Positions 39,573-58,715 of a DNA stretch of 64,000 nt are shown here, piece by piece. A model generated the notes under the pieces. The model worked only from the letters and a program-made list of their open reading frames with translations. It made no database searches and had not been told where the DNA came from. The stretch spans positions 3,658,001-3,722,000 of the forward strand of contig OZ024753.1 of the NCBI GenBank assembly GCA_964016885.1, given 5' to 3'. A program made the position numbers and the translations under genes. The first letter of the stretch is position 1, and each line of letters starts with the position of its first letter. The DNA comes from Eledone cirrhosa (lineage: Eukaryota).

Positions 39573-40274
39573 TCTATAATAGTTCGTGAAAAAAGGAATA
39601 TTAGCGACGTAAGCTACAAACAGAAAACTGTGTATGTATGTGTATATTAGGTAGGATCACTGCGCTCTCTTCCAATCATACAATATATTCACACTTTCTC
39701 TCTCTCTCATTCTCTCCCACACTCACTCACCGCTGGCTTCCTATATTATCTTTCCCTAAATATCAGTGTTCACCTTTTATCTACAAAAAGACAAAGAAAT
39801 AGATGCCCCATCGACATCAACGGGTTAAGATGAAGAAACGTGAATGAAAATTCATTCTGATGGTATGAATTTCTTTCTGCTATATAGTCTTCAAGAATTC
39901 CATTTCAATCTTGGAAATTCATCTAAGAATTCTTTCTATTTAACTTTATTCTTTCTTGTTTCTTCTTTCCTTTTCACAGTATATTTCTATACATTGTTTC
40001 TTCGTTGTCTACTTACCAATTCTATGTACGTGATGCAAAGCTGATAACACACCGAGACTTCTACCTTAGAGATAACCACACTGATATATATCAACACACG
40101 CACACACATACATATATACATATATCATTAAGAGCATATTTCTGTACAATTTTATCCTCCTCAACTCCTCAGCGCTCTCACTGTATTTCTTTGTATATAT
40201 ATATATATAATGTATATAAACACCTACGCACACCAATATGCACACACGCATCATCTATTTACCCACCCACCCTC

Positions 40275-40328
<54 letters not shown>

Positions 40329-41087
40329 TAGGAAGTTTTTACATATGTGTTTATGGATATATATGGAGTATGTTTTCTTGTTTTATGAAGGTTAAAGCTA
40401 TCTAACGTGACTTATCTTAATCAGCTAATAACTGGCAACAAGTTACATTCCTTTTCTTGCGTTTCTTATCCATTTTTGTGTCCTCCACCTCTTTTTTCTA
40501 TCAGCCTGATCAGCTCTCCTATATTGTCCCCCATCAATATCACTACTATAACAATACACGCCACCACCATTTTCTACTTGTCTATTATATCTCGAGTACT
40601 ACCACCATTACCCTCTCGTTTATTCTTACATTTTCCACCTTTTGATTATTATATCCTTTGATATTTGGGGCTGGCAAAATATGTATATATAATGTTGATG
40701 CTAGTATGATGGAGAAAGAAAGCAAGCTAGTGAATTGGTAGATTCGATAGATCGTGGGTTTGAATGTCTTTTGTTGTTCGTTCCGGGCCTTTTTCAAAGT
40801 ATAAAACAGCAACGTACATAATTTCATAGGCCAGAAATCTGCTCGTTTTGGAATCCACTCAATATTGTGTGTGTGTGTGTGTGTGTGTGCGTGCGTGCGC
40901 GCGCGTATGTGTGAGCGCGCGCGCGTATGTGTGTGTGTGTGTGTGTTTGGTGGTTGCATACGTTCATACTTATTTCGTGTATATTGATAGTAATGGTGAA
41001 ATGGAAGTAGGTTAGGTTAAAGGGGTTATGAAACCCTTATTGCTAATCAGATTTTATACATACAACATTTTTTTTCATACTGTAAGA

Positions 41088-41300
41088 GGGCATCGGACTG
41101 GCAGAGTCGTTAAGGTTTGAGAGAAAACGCTTTTCGTTATTTAGTTACAACTCTCTGCATTCGGAAATCAAATCCCGCCAAGGTCAGCTTTATCATCTTT
41201 CCGAGGATGATAAAATAATGTACCAGTCACGTACTGGGTTTGATGTAATCGAGTTTAACTATCACCCAAAATGTTGCCTTTGTGGCTAAATTAGAAATCA
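41088..41300 (+). mobile_element. Degenerate SINE-A (long subtype)
   Basis: TGGCAGAGTCGTT...CAAATCCCGCCAAGGTCAGC...GATAAAATAATGTACCAG. Confidence 0.7.
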
Positions 41301-43565
41301 TTTTAAAAGACAGTGGTCTGGCACTAGTTATTGGAAATGTAGTGAAATAGATGTGTTGGGGGTAACTGGGAAAATATAGATAAATATATATGTTCGGATA
41401 ACTGGGAAAATGTCATTGAAAATAAAGAAACTAAAACGAAAGATAAAAATGAAGTAAAAAACGAATGGAATGGAAGCAATGGTTTATAATGTGGCAACAC
41501 TGCTAGTTTTCACGCCAGCCATAATATTTTAGAATAATGGTCTACTATATTAGCCTGTGAACATAACACACATCATTACAAGCCTTGTAACAATTTATTT
41601 ACAATGTGAACTATAAATAAACAGCAAGGAGTAAAAATTAGTGAATGCCGCTAGAAACATTGGCAAACGGCACGGCGATATTGTTTGGCATTTTTTAACA
41701 TGCCAAACTATATATATTTTCATATTTATTACTTTCCTCACAATTAACTGACCAAAATAATCTGCCAGCTGAAGACTGGAGACTGGTGTATATATGAGCT
41801 CAAAGTAACAATAATATTTATTTATTCCTCATACATAAAACTATTTTGGAACATATACAGTATCATACATTTTATCGACCCCACAGAGAGGGAATTCAAT
41901 GTTACCCTTGAAACGTTTTGAGCCGTAGACATAAAGGTTTATAACTTTACATTTCGTTTAGATCTGGTACTTTATTGTGTTTGACTATTAACTAATTTAG
42001 AATTGATAAAAAAGAGTTCGACTTACAGCAAAGGCACACAACCAAACGTATCCTGGTATTGCAAATATTTTGTATCTCCCTAAATAGTTAGAGAGATAAC
42101 TAGTCCCAGTGCGATTAACAAACATAATGGAGAACATAACCAAACACGATATTCGAAGAACAGAGGGCAACGGGCACAGCACAAACATTCCCATGGCTAA
42201 GATTACATATACATACATATATATATATAAATAGAGAGGGAGGGAGAGATATACATGCATACATACATACACACTCTGTCGATCTTCCAATCCCACCCAA
42301 CAGACGACAGACAGACAGACACATACACACACATATATATATATATATTGCTATGTTCTTTTGGGGATTTCGATAGATACAGATCAATAAATTAGGTATT
42401 AGCTCGAAAAGACAATTAGAATCGATAGGTTTAATATCACGAAGCGGTGCATCCTCATTGCGATAGACCAAAGTCTGATACAAATACAAGAATGTGCGTA
42501 TGTTTCTCGTGTGTCAGTCTACCTTTGTAAAAACGTGGCTAGCTTATATCTTAACAGCAATCTATCCATTGCTCTAACCTTTATAGAAGTAGGGTGTAGA
42601 AAGACTTCGTTGAAATAATTTGCATTCCTCTTTCTGACTTCCTTATCGTGTTATCTAAAAAGGCACGTACTCTCGTTATCTGGCAAGACATATTAACAAA
42701 CTTTACAAATCAAAATAATGATGCTGATAATGATGACGGCGGCGACGACTTTTAAGATGAATATGATGATGATAGTAATAATAATATAATGGAATCTGTG
42801 GACGTGATGAACGAATGAATAAACAAATTTTTGATACTGCAGCCGTTTATTAAATATCTGAAAATGTGTCCCAAAGATAGATTCTTTACAATAACACTCA
42901 TTTCAATTCATGTTTGTTTATATACATTAACTCTAAAAGCGTATTATATTTCGCCTAATCGTGGTGTTATTTACAGAGAATGCTCTCCGGCTAAATAACA
43001 ATATGTTGGACCTATGACAAAGGTCTATCTGAAATATATAAATGTAAATAAGGGAACTGGAATATGGCCAGATATGAACCCAACTGTTTAATATGGTCCC
43101 TTCTTGAGATTTCGCACCTTTTTCAGAGGCGTAGAAAGTAAATTGTTTCTGTGATGTCTTGATGTGAATAGTAGTCGGTCGGTCGGTCGGTCGAGAGAGA
43201 GAGAGAGAGAGTATTTTCGGAAGATTTTATTGTCCTAAGTATCCCCTATATACATATATATATATATAGTATATATGTGTGTGTATGTGTGTGTCTGCGT
43301 GAGTGTGTGTGCATGTGTGTGAGTGTGTAAACGGAAATAAAGTATAATGAAGAAATATACTAGTTTAAGTTTCGGACAATCCTCCTTCATCAGTAGATAG
43401 AATGCGAAGTAAAAGATGAGAGAGAGAGAGAGAGAGAGAGATAGAAAGAGTGACAAGAGAAAGGAGCTAAAAATCATTTGAGAACAATCACGTGTATATT
43501 CAGCCGTTTTGTGATATATATATATTAGTCTTCACATTTATTATTATTACTATATATATATATAT

Positions 43566-43566
<1 letters not shown>

Positions 43567-43630
<64 letters not shown>
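43567..43630. repeat. (GA)n microsatellite
   Basis: About 30 GA units. Confidence 0.9.
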
Positions 43631-43638
<8 letters not shown>

Positions 43639-43646
43639 CAAGGAAC

Positions 43647-43855
43647 GATCGACTTTCGTCAAATCGGACCGAGGGAACAATGTTTCCGTTGGTCTTTCCA
43701 ATTGCTAATACTATCTATCGGTCGCAACTCCAGATAGAAGGAGCAACGTGAAATAAAGTGTCTTGCTCAAGGACATAACGCATAACCTGGTCCAGGAATC
43801 GAACTCACAACCTTACGATTGAGAATCCAATTCTCTAACCACTCAGACACACGCC
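43647..43855 (-). mobile_element. SINE-B (tRNA head, CORE/V-like TCCTTGAGCAAGACACTT motif)
   Basis: A and B boxes on the minus strand; matches 16851-17037. Confidence 0.85.
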
Positions 43856-43860
43856 TTCAC

Positions 43861-45507
<1,647 letters not shown>

Positions 45508-45689
45508 GTTTGTATGTATGTGAAAGGTAAACTGAATTAACAAAAAATATCAAAACAAACGACACAGTAGATGGGTGGAATATATTTGATTAACGCTTGA
45601 AATAGCAGGAAGAGAGTTTATGCATATACATATATATAGGTTATTCGTGCTGATCCAGAGGTCTTAATTAGCCTAAGCATGCTATTATA

Positions 45690-45920
45690 TTCTATCATGA
45701 TTTCCTGTACTTTTTCTCCTATTAACCAATTTCCCAAGTTCCGTGTCTCTCATTCATTTTCTAGTGATTATTTGGTAATGATTACTTCACCAGAATTATG
45801 ATTTTTCTTCCTACTTCTGGTAATCTATAATAGGATACATAACTTGAGTGTAATAATCTGTTATGTTCGTGAGATTTATTTATGCCTTGTTATTCAGGTG
45901 CTATTGTGTTTGATATAAGG
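45690..45920 (-). pseudogene. Possible decayed R4/Dong-like retrotransposon zinc-knuckle region
   Basis: Minus strand gives ordered remnants IAPE*QGI...YRL...NH..SG...RH...KY resembling IAAQDQ...CRLC...HIISGC...RH...KKY. Confidence 0.3.
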
Positions 45921-46100
45921 GCATTCGTATATCGTTTCCTAGTTTGTTTGCTTCTTTCTTTGCAGTGGCTTTACTGAAATACCAGAGGCGACCAGATCTA
46001 ATTTAATGTTCCGTGTAGTAAGCATATATCCACACACACACACACCCACAGAGAGACACAGACATATATATATATATATTATATATATATGTGTGTGTGT

Positions 46101-46398
46101 CTGATGGTAGCTAAGATGCTTCCATAGGCGGTATGCCGGTTGAGCACTCTATGTTCTTACAGAGCAGAGTATGATATAATATAAAACGAAAAATTAGTGA
46201 TGCATCTAAACTCAATTTATTGTGTGTTACAATTATTTCTGTGAAAGAATTTGGTCCGAAATCATTAGACGTGTCCGTCGAACCTGCGGATCCAGAATCA
46301 GACAGATCCACACAATGATCGTGGCTCGAGCTGTCCGCCGGCGAAACAATTGTAACACACAATAAATTGAGTTCAGATGTATCACTGATTGTTCGTTT

Positions 46399-46407
<9 letters not shown>
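46101..46407 (-). mobile_element. Fold-back mini-element, 65 bp arms, tail on the left
   Basis: Arms 46175-46239 and 46343-46407; decayed hammerhead at 46271-46358 (+); tail carries TACTCT...AGAGTGC on the minus strand. Confidence 0.8.
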
Positions 46408-46440
<33 letters not shown>

Positions 46441-46495
46441 GATACAACCTTACAGTTAGTTCGTACTGGTGATAGAGAGAGAGAGAGAGAATAAT

Positions 46496-46750
46496 AATAC
46501 AAAGAAATACACAGACACATGCGAATACATACATATACATGCATATACCCACATATATCCCTGAATTTGTGTGGTGCCAACCTTAACCGTTGTTGCTCTA
46601 TGAATAATAGGGACAAAATAATCTGAATGGATTAGATTGATTCAATATCAGAGCTATATAATACATTATAAAGAAAGAAGAAACATTAGAAATAAATAAA
46701 AAGATATGTAATTGTGTGTATTCGCATGTGTCTGTGTATTTCTTTGTATT
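46496..46750. repeat. Inverted repeat, 38 bp arms, spacer about 180 bp
   Basis: AATACAAAGAAATACACAGACACATGCGAATACA pairs with TGTATTCGCATGTGTCTGTGTATTTCTTTGTATT. Confidence 0.8.
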
Positions 46751-47132
46751 GTTTATAACTCCCTACGGTAGAGTAACCACTGAAGTATAGTGACTGCTTA
46801 CACTAATCACACTTCTCCCCCTCCTAGCCAACTCTTCTACGGCCTTGACATAAATACCCCCTCCGCCTTTTGTGGTATTTTTCTCTTGGTTGTAAGAGGC
46901 TTAGCTCTGTTTCTTGACCGCTGTATCACGTGAAAAGTTCCCCCTCCGCCTTTCGGGATTCTATCTCACGTCCTACGGGCGTGTTTTGAAACTCTAAATG
47001 AGGTATCCTCTTCATAAGTCGGCAAACCGCACAAATATACTGCATCTCTATGATGTAATGTTTTGGGATAATAACCACGAAACTACGTAGTCGAGGATTA
47101 TGAAGGAATTTAGGTATATTATATCTTTTTAT

Positions 47133-47242
47133 CAAATCCCGCCAAGGTTAACTTTGCCTTTCATCCTTACGGGGTCGATAAAATAAAGTACCAGTAACGC
47201 ACTGGGTATTTGCTGGCCTTGTGCCTAACGTAGAAACAATTA
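47133..47242 (+). mobile_element. 5'-truncated SINE-A (short subtype)
   Basis: Starts inside the B box; core and 3' end intact. Confidence 0.8.
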
Positions 47243-47285
47243 TATCTTTTTATTTATATCTAATGTTTCTTCTTTCTTTATAATG

Positions 47286-47319
<34 letters not shown>

Positions 47320-47346
47320 AGTATGAACCAACTATAAGATTGTATC

Positions 47347-47382
<36 letters not shown>

Positions 47383-48980
47383 GCGTTTGCATGCCTATGG
47401 AATACCATTTAATGAGATTTGTGAAAACTATCTGTAATTTATTTTATTTTTCGTCTCCTCATATGTTAACAAGACGTGTGACCATGTTACTGTTGAAGCA
47501 TGTATATTTTTCTTTCTCGACTAAATATTATGGAGCATAATGTGGTTTACGATTTTATTGCGTCTCATATATATATACTAATAAGTACAGGTTTATCGTA
47601 GTTACTGGCGCATGATGTGAACTATTTGATGGCGTCTTTGATAATTCTTTCATCTTTGTTTTTTATGCTGTGCGTGTATTTGCTTTTATAATATATTTTC
47701 TCTGGTTTACTGGTTTACACAAGTTACACTTCGGTTTGATATTAGTTTATCGTTGGTTTGGAGCTGTTTTAGCACAGAGGTATAATATTATTCATACAGG
47801 TTTTTACGATAAGGATTCTTAATTAAGCCTATTAATTAGTCTTTGATTAAAGCCACCTATAAAAATCGCCGTCATAAACTTTGTCTAAAATGTTAAGTTA
47901 TGTTCACCAATGAAATTTTGATGTTGTATATTTTATATCTAGCTAAGCAATCAGTATTCACTGTTGAAATGAATATAAATATATTTGTTGTTTTATATCC
48001 TCGACGATAAAAGTGGGTTTAAAACTATTTGGTCATTAAACATTACTGTACGATTTGAGGTAAAGTGGTAAGAATAAAGACATTTCTGAGTGACATAGAT
48101 TTAAGGAGGAATGTTTTGATTTCTTATCAATTACAGGTCATAGAAATGTCACTGAAGATATAGTGGGATGTTTTGAGATAGAGGAATGCAAATGTAATGT
48201 GCAGCTCCAATACATTATTATAACTGTAGTTGCTTAGACCATGTCACTTCTGATCGAATTAACATATGATCAAAGTGAGCTCCAGCCACACACATCCCAA
48301 CTTTTCATACATAGTGAATAAAGGACAATATTCTTCAATGTGTCTTTTTAAATGCTATAGTGTTTGGTTTGTGGGTTTTTTGGTATTTTTAGCATATCCA
48401 TACATCATGTAGAGAGCCCCAGCCGAGGTGGATCCGATTTAACAAAATGGCTGTATATAGTTAACAGTATCAATTGAGATTATTACATTTTAAAAGAATT
48501 CACCTAGATCTGTGATTAAGGACTGAACGTTTCAGCTTAAAACTAAATAGGATCTGTATTTTATTAATGGTTCTAATTTTAGTTATTTTTACTTTTAATG
48601 AGAATAATAAGGCATACCAGAGCTAAGTATATTGATACACACTATTGGAGTGGATCCAGGCCTATAAGCCCCTTAGTCATTCAATAGTCATTCCATAGTC
48701 ATCCTTTTATTATTTCAGGAATTTTGTTAGATAGACTATGTTATGTAGACTGTGTATTTTGTTTTGCACACCGGTTGGAAGTCTGAGGTTGAATGGACTG
48801 CAATTTCTAGCCTCTGAATCCATCACGTTAAGGTCCTCTTCTCTCTTCTCTTGTATGTGCATGCGTATATATCTATCTATCTATCTATCTCTCTCTATAT
48901 ATATTATATATATATATATATAAAGAGAGAGAGAGAGAGAAAGAAAGAGAGATAGAGAGTGAGAGTGAGAGATAGAGAGA

Positions 48981-49188
48981 GAGGAAAATGTCAGGACCCC
49001 GACGACTGAGCTCCGGCCGCTTCGGCAACTAGATCCAAACAATTCAGATCTAGCTGTCGAAACGGCCGGAGCTCAGCCGTCGGGGTCCTGACTCTTTGCC
49101 TATTACCCACTTTACTACCCTAAGTATTGAGTACTCTGGTGCGTTATCGTCCATCTGGTTCCTTATCACACCTTCTTCCTTCTTTGTT
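48981..49188 (+). mobile_element. Family C fold-back element, 46 bp arms
   Basis: Arms 48990-49035 and 49047-49092 with an 11 nt loop, then the family C tail. Confidence 0.85.
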
Positions 49189-49223
49189 ATGTATATATAT
49201 GAGTGTCTGTGCGTGTAAGTCTT

Positions 49224-49254
<31 letters not shown>

Positions 49255-49288
49255 ATGTATCAGTGTGTGTGCGTGTAAGTATATATAC

Positions 49289-49384
<96 letters not shown>

Positions 49385-50569
49385 TGTTTCTGTCTGTCTG
49401 GCTATGTGTAAGTGTTAAGAAAGTGTTTTTAAGAGATTATTTCATCTATCAAGAAATGGATGTTTTATTCATGTATAAGGATGGCTTCTGTTATTATATC
49501 TCTCCTGTGGGTAGGATTTGAGATATTATGAAATTTTCCTCGTCTTTTAAGTACTTCCAACGTATCAATCTATCTCCTTCTCTCGTCAACTCTATCTCCC
49601 TGTCTCTATTTTCTCTCTCTCTCTATATATATATTTGTGTATATATACGATTTTCGGTTTGTATAATTGTAATTGTGTCTCAGTGTATCTGGTATTTTTA
49701 CGTAGAAGATGCATTGTCTAAGATGCACTAAAACTGTGCAAGTTCATGTAATATTATCGATACTAACACATGCCCACCGGGGAGTTTTATTCATACATCA
49801 AATTGGTTTTTGTCTCGGACATAGATGCTATGGTTATCTCGCTAGCTTACCTTCTAGTCTTATAACTAAATAACTATCTATTTCTATGCTTATTTGGTTT
49901 CTGGTATTATTGTTTATTTTAATAAAGAAAGCAATGGCTATTATTGTAAGTGGAATTTAGTGCAACTTAATCGAAGCTACATTACTAGATTTAGGATTGC
50001 ATTAGATAGAGGGAAATGTTGCTCATAATTAAGGTTCCTTCACTGCACATTAAGAGAATGTGTTAAATTTTCAAACACCTTATGCCTAGTATTTGATTTC
50101 TGATGCAAGTTGAACTGAAATTACATAAAGTAAAATCTCTAATGTATAGAGAAAAGGATATTTGTGACATTTTGGAGGGATCAAAGTGAATTGATATATT
50201 TAGAATAGAGAAAACCGGATATTGCTTCTCTGACCTGCATTTTCATATAAATGAAATGGAAATGTCTGTAACCATTAATAAGTCTTCTAGCTATAACTGA
50301 TACATTCTCATTGTAATAGCGTATGAAATATCATCCCATACACACGAGTTGATTTACGTAACTAGGAATGAATTGTGTTTTGTCAGCTAACCTTAACATA
50401 CTTCAATGGCGTTCGCACTTCGGAAGTATGTATGGACCCGTAACTCCTGGGGAAGCTGTAGCCTCACCGTAGTGGTATACAAACCATTCTTTTTCCAGGT
50501 CTCAACACATCGGATCTTCTAGAGAAAGGAAGAGGAATTGGTACAGAGTGGGTGTCAGAACGAAGCTTG

Positions 50570-50728
50570 GAGTGAGAAACGACACCGTTATTAGATTGGT
50601 AGATTATTTTAACGACCTTGAAAGCACGAAAAGCAAACTTAACTTCGGTGGACTTTGAAATTTGAACCCAGGGTGTCGGAAAAGTCACCGCGAAACTTTC
50701 TATCCGACGTTCTAACAACTGTCAATTC
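50570..50728 (-). mobile_element. Degenerate SINE-A
   Basis: TGGTAGATTATTTTAACGACC...GAAAAGCAAACTTAACTTCGGTGGACTTTGAA. Confidence 0.6.
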
Positions 50729-51045
50729 AGGGTCTTCAGTAATTTACTTCGACTCTGTACTTTCACACTTCTAGATTAAAGATTATTATTATCTAGGGAG
50801 GAAATAAGATGCTATGATGAGCGAATGCATATTTGTCCTCCTTCTCTTTCAATCATTTCTATATTTCATCTGCCTGTCACCCGCCTCGTGTATTGTCGCT
50901 CTTCCGACCATTGGCAGCTGGTCTCTGTCGTCTGAGGTGTTTTTGGTCATCACTATCATTAACAGTATTTGGCTGTTTTAACTTCTCTTCTAGCAATGGG
51001 ATTTCTCATTTTTATATGACCTCAAATTTAGTGAAGAAAAATAAT

Positions 51046-51226
51046 TGTTTCTACTTTAGGCACAAGGCCAGCAATTACCCAGTGCATTACTGGTACTTGA
51101 TTTTATCGACCCCGTAAGGATGAAAGGCAAAGTCAACCTCGGCGGGATTTGAACTCAGATCGTAAAGGGACGTAACTATGCTGGAAAGCATGGCGTCCGA
51201 CCCTCTACCGATACTGCCAATCCACC
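51046..51226 (-). mobile_element. Young SINE-A with a perfect 18 bp target-site duplication
   Basis: TTAGTGAAGAAAAATAAT at 51028-51045 and 51227-51244. Confidence 0.92.
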
Positions 51227-52841
51227 TTAGTGAAGAAAAATAATGACTTAAAATAATTAAAGTCTTCAAAATTATACATTTCGGTATAAGTTTCTGTTTT
51301 CATGACTTTTGAATCTAAGACCATGTAAGATTATGTTGCTGTCTTTGACCGTATAGAAAGAATCATATGGTCTAATGTGGGGAGATAGTATTACATCAGA
51401 ACGACTAGTTGTTGCTAGATATATATCTATATACATATATAAGTAACATTTATACATTACAACATGTAACTAAAACCTGGATTCTAATAGATAAGTGTTT
51501 TACAAATACTCTAATGCGGTAAAGTTTCTATATCGCATTGGTGTCTATAAGTTGTAGGATCTACTTAATAGTCTATAGAAGCAGCACCAATAATAACTGA
51601 GGCATAATCACAGCAGTTATATAAATTGGTAAGATTATTAAAAGACAGTGGCAGTTATCTTATTACGCCCTGTCGTACCTAATTCAGCGCTCTAATTAGA
51701 TTAGATAGGCGTTTTAACGAAGTTTACACTGTTGTGTTTTTAATGTGAAATTCTAGCTTTCATTCCTTAATGTCTTCTTTTTTCTTTGTTTTCATTTTAT
51801 TCCCTTCTTCTTGTTAGTGTTGGGTATAGGGCAAGTAGCTCAGGTCTTAATATTGTATCTTTCTCTTTCCAAGTATCAATTACACAGTCTACAATATAAC
51901 TTTACATATAAAACCACCACCATATATATAAACCAAGAATACTACCTCTTTAACCTCCTCTTCCATATCTTCTACCGTAACCTCCTCCTGCACGACCAAC
52001 GAAGACCCAATAAAACTTCAAGCAATCGAAGATTATAAGGTGGTTTCAAACGCAGGTGGGATTCTTAATGTTTTCGCTTACATAGATGATGAGAAAGGCT
52101 GCTTGCATTCAAATTATCAATATACACTTGTAGACATACGCACGCGTTTACACACCCACACGTGCACACACACGTGCACCTTTATATGTATATATATAAA
52201 TTTTTCCTATATATATATGTATATATATAAGCATGTATTTCCATATACACAAATTTAGACTACATACAGGCTTACATACATGTCCACATATACACACATC
52301 CGCACTAATGCAGGCACACAGTTACGCGCACACATATCTGGTTTTCTGTATGTAAGCGTTTGTGTATCAACGCAAGTAGTGCTGTCTCTAGTAATGTCGC
52401 GTCAGCCGTGAAATGTGTGTACGGGTGTGAGTGTTTAATTACATGTATGGGTATAACAATATTTAATGTGCTACTGGGCAAGTGTGCAAGTGATAGTGTA
52501 TATATCTGTGTGTGAATATCTGTGTGCGTGCTTTTCTACACATAATCAGTAGCATTACGATCGATTTCAAAGATCACATGAGACAATCTGAAAAGCAAGA
52601 CGAGGAAGTGATTAAGGCGAAGCAAATTAAAACCAAACATACGTTGTCACAGTAGACTTGCTGGCACCATCAGCGATTAGAAAATATGAGCTATGTTCGT
52701 TTTAAACTGGTTTCCGCTTACTTAGACGAAGTTTAATGAACATGCTAATAACAGCTATTCTATGTATAAGAGAAGGTACATATTGCATTCTGATGCTGAA
52801 AAGATTTTAAATAGTTGCATATGTTGAGAGCTGGTGTGTTT

Positions 52842-52917
<76 letters not shown>

Positions 52918-53103
52918 GATAGATAGATCGATCGATAGATACACATATATATTATAAAGTGAAATAACAATGTATATAGTCTCTCTCTCATATACATATA
53001 TGTATATATATATATATATATATACATACATACATATATGCATATGCATGCATACACATATATACATATATACACACACATATATATATACATACATACA
53101 TAT

Positions 53104-53136
<33 letters not shown>

Positions 53137-53523
53137 TATAAATACAAATACACATATGTGTGTAAATATATTTATTTTTTTACTGTTTTTTTTTCGATGA
53201 ATGTGACTATACTCAGAAATCACCTTCAATAGTATTTCAGTTAATAAGATTGACTCCAGCAACCTACTTTATCTGCTACCTATATTATTGACCTCAAATG
53301 GGAGAAAGTAAAACTTAAATGGAAGGAGAATGATGCAACACCATTTGAACAAATCTGTTCGTACTCATCTAATTTATCCATCTCACCAATTATATCATTA
53401 TACACCGTTATATATACACACACACACACACACCCCATTCTCAAGCGTGAACCTAATACCAACACTGTTCGTAACAGCACTCCTTGTTATTGTTTTTGTT
53501 GTTTACTTTTCCTATATATATAT

Positions 53524-54114
<591 letters not shown>

Positions 54115-54300
54115 ATGTGTGTATGTGTGTGTATGTGTGTGTAAGTATATATAATATATATATCTGTGACTGTATTTGCTTGTGTGTGGATGTATGTACA
54201 TATGTATTCATATATATATATATATAATTATAAAATATAATTCTAAGAGTGGAATTGAAACATCAGCACAGTTGAGGTATATCATAAATCAATTTATATA

Positions 54301-54358
54301 TTTTATCTGATGAGGACCTACTGAAAAAACAGCACAGTACCTCCGAAATATATATAAA
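54301..54358 (+). ncRNA. Hammerhead motif in a tail-less family E-like fragment
   Basis: tttta-t-CUGAUGA-gga..tactg/../cagta..tcc-GAAA-tata-UA-taaa. Confidence 0.6.
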
Positions 54359-55784
54359 AATATATTTTTATTACGTTGAATGTCTATATGTATTAATATT
54401 TTGAATTAATATATATATATACGTAACTAAATGCATACATATATACACTGACACACGCACACACACTTATATATATGAATATAAACATCCAGTTATAAAA
54501 GTATGCTTCATACGTAAATAAAGACTTACGAAAAGTGTTTGCGTAAATCAACTTGAAGATATTATCATTGAAAGAGATGTGCTCAACATTTGCACAATCT
54601 AACCAAAATGTCTTCAATTATGCAGGTGTCCCGTCAATTTTATAAACTCCCAGATAAATTATATCTTCTTGTGATTCTTATAATATATCTAGTTTTTATC
54701 CGGAACTTACTTAAGCATGTGTGACATATTACCAACTTTTTCACCACTCCAACAACGTTCTATATTACCACATCATTTAGACAAGCCAGCTGCGACGATT
54801 AAATATTACATTACAAACATTTGAATTGTATCTGAAAGCGGAATTTGTTCACATACGTTTATTCACATTAATTGAAATTCTTGTATGATGTCTTATATTT
54901 TTGATATCACATTTACCTTGCGTGTCAGAAGAGGTATATGAAGCAGCTGCTTGTCTTTAAAGATGCATCTTGCTAACAACACGTTTTACAACAAGGTTGC
55001 CACTTAGTTGCGCTATTTGCCAGATTTGTAAATTTAAAACATCTATTAATTGATAAACTATCATCTTTCAAAATAGTAACGGGACGTTTCATACTCACAT
55101 TGCAATAGTCACACGTTTGTTGTATGTTTAACATTTATAACATAAATATATAAAATTCATAACATAAATATATAAAATTTATAGCATAAATATATAAAAA
55201 GAAATAGCTTATGTATATATAATTACACATACAAACAAATAGATCATTATTACGCACACAGACAAAACAAACAGATACTTACACACGCATACACACAAAC
55301 ACACACAGACAGATGAGTACACTCATACACACATAAAACTCACAGACAAGCACGCGTAAAGACATACACACACGCATGCCAAACTCAGAAACGGATGGCA
55401 ATATAGAACGAAGATTAATGGAATATGCTTGCATGATGCTACCGCTTTCAATTGAGAATGTTTTGTAATTACTAAGAATTTCAGCTGACAAAACATTCAT
55501 GTCGAGGTTACAGAAACAATTCCTGCAGGATTTCCACCCCACTATCACTACCCTCTCCAGTTTCTAACTTTTAGAAATTGTTACCATTATAACAACAAAA
55601 TACCGTTTGAAATTAACTTACACATGATAATTTCTAAACAACAATCAGAGGGTAACAATTAGAAGTGACTGAGACTTAATTACAATCATTTTTCTTAAAT
55701 ATTACTTTTAAATTATCGATAAGTATTTGTTTATGGTGGATTTGGCAGAATTATTAAAGATTCCAGCGGGAAGCTTTGTGGTAT

Positions 55785-57900
<2,116 letters not shown>

Positions 57901-57901
57901 C

Positions 57902-57955
57902 ATAGAAATGACTTCTGGAAGACTAGAACTGTTTCATTCAACCCGAGATCTATCT
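57902..57955 (+). mobile_element. Family B remnant: inverted arm joined to the extreme tail end
   Basis: ATAGAAATGACTTCTGGAAGACTAGAACTGTTTCATT then CAACCCGAGAT. Confidence 0.65.
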
Positions 57956-58568
57956 GTCTATTTATCTATATAGATTTCCACCTCTATATTGTTGAGCCGA
58001 TCACATTATACACACAAACACATACGCACACATACCTGAATACATAAATACATGCCAATTCAAGCGTGAGTCTGTGAGAAGTGTGTGTTGTATAATAAGT
58101 GCGTGTGTATATCGGTGGCTGTATGTGTATGGGTGTGTGCTCACGCGTGTGTGTTTGTCCAAGGGTGTGTGAACATTAATGTCTGTGACAAGGTATGCAC
58201 AATAAAAGCTGCACACCATTTTGTTTAATGAATACAAGAGAAAAGAAAGCCAGAAATCGGACAGTAGTCGACTGCAGACATGACCCGTGATTGTTCTAAA
58301 CATTTTAGTAATTATCTTGGAATACATTAGTTATTGAATGCTGTCCTTTCCTTCTGTTCATAGGGGACACGGTTTAATAGAATATCGTGCAGAACAGACG
58401 GGCGATGGTGGTGGGGAAGGCTGATGAGTGAAGCGATTGCCTTAACGTATATGTGTATTTATTGTCTGACTATGTCTGTTCGTCTAGGTAGTAGGGTTAT
58501 ATTTTCATCAATTATGAAAGGTGCACGTGTTTATTTAAATATATTTTGTATATTTCTAAGCACACACC

Positions 58569-58571
<3 letters not shown>

Positions 58572-58632
<61 letters not shown>

Positions 58633-58637
58633 TGTGT

Positions 58638-58712
<75 letters not shown>
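58572..58712. repeat. (GA)n(GT)n compound microsatellite
   Basis: Direct reading. Confidence 0.95.
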
Positions 58713-58713
<1 letters not shown>

Positions 58714-58715
58714 AT

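Noticed and set aside
49047-49080. GTCGAAACGGCC as a hammerhead 3' half in family C
   Set aside because: No copy in the window retains a CUGANGA half or a clear UH triplet
52040-52110. FAYIDD resembling a reverse transcriptase YxDD motif
   Set aside because: Isolated motif with no flanking RT homology
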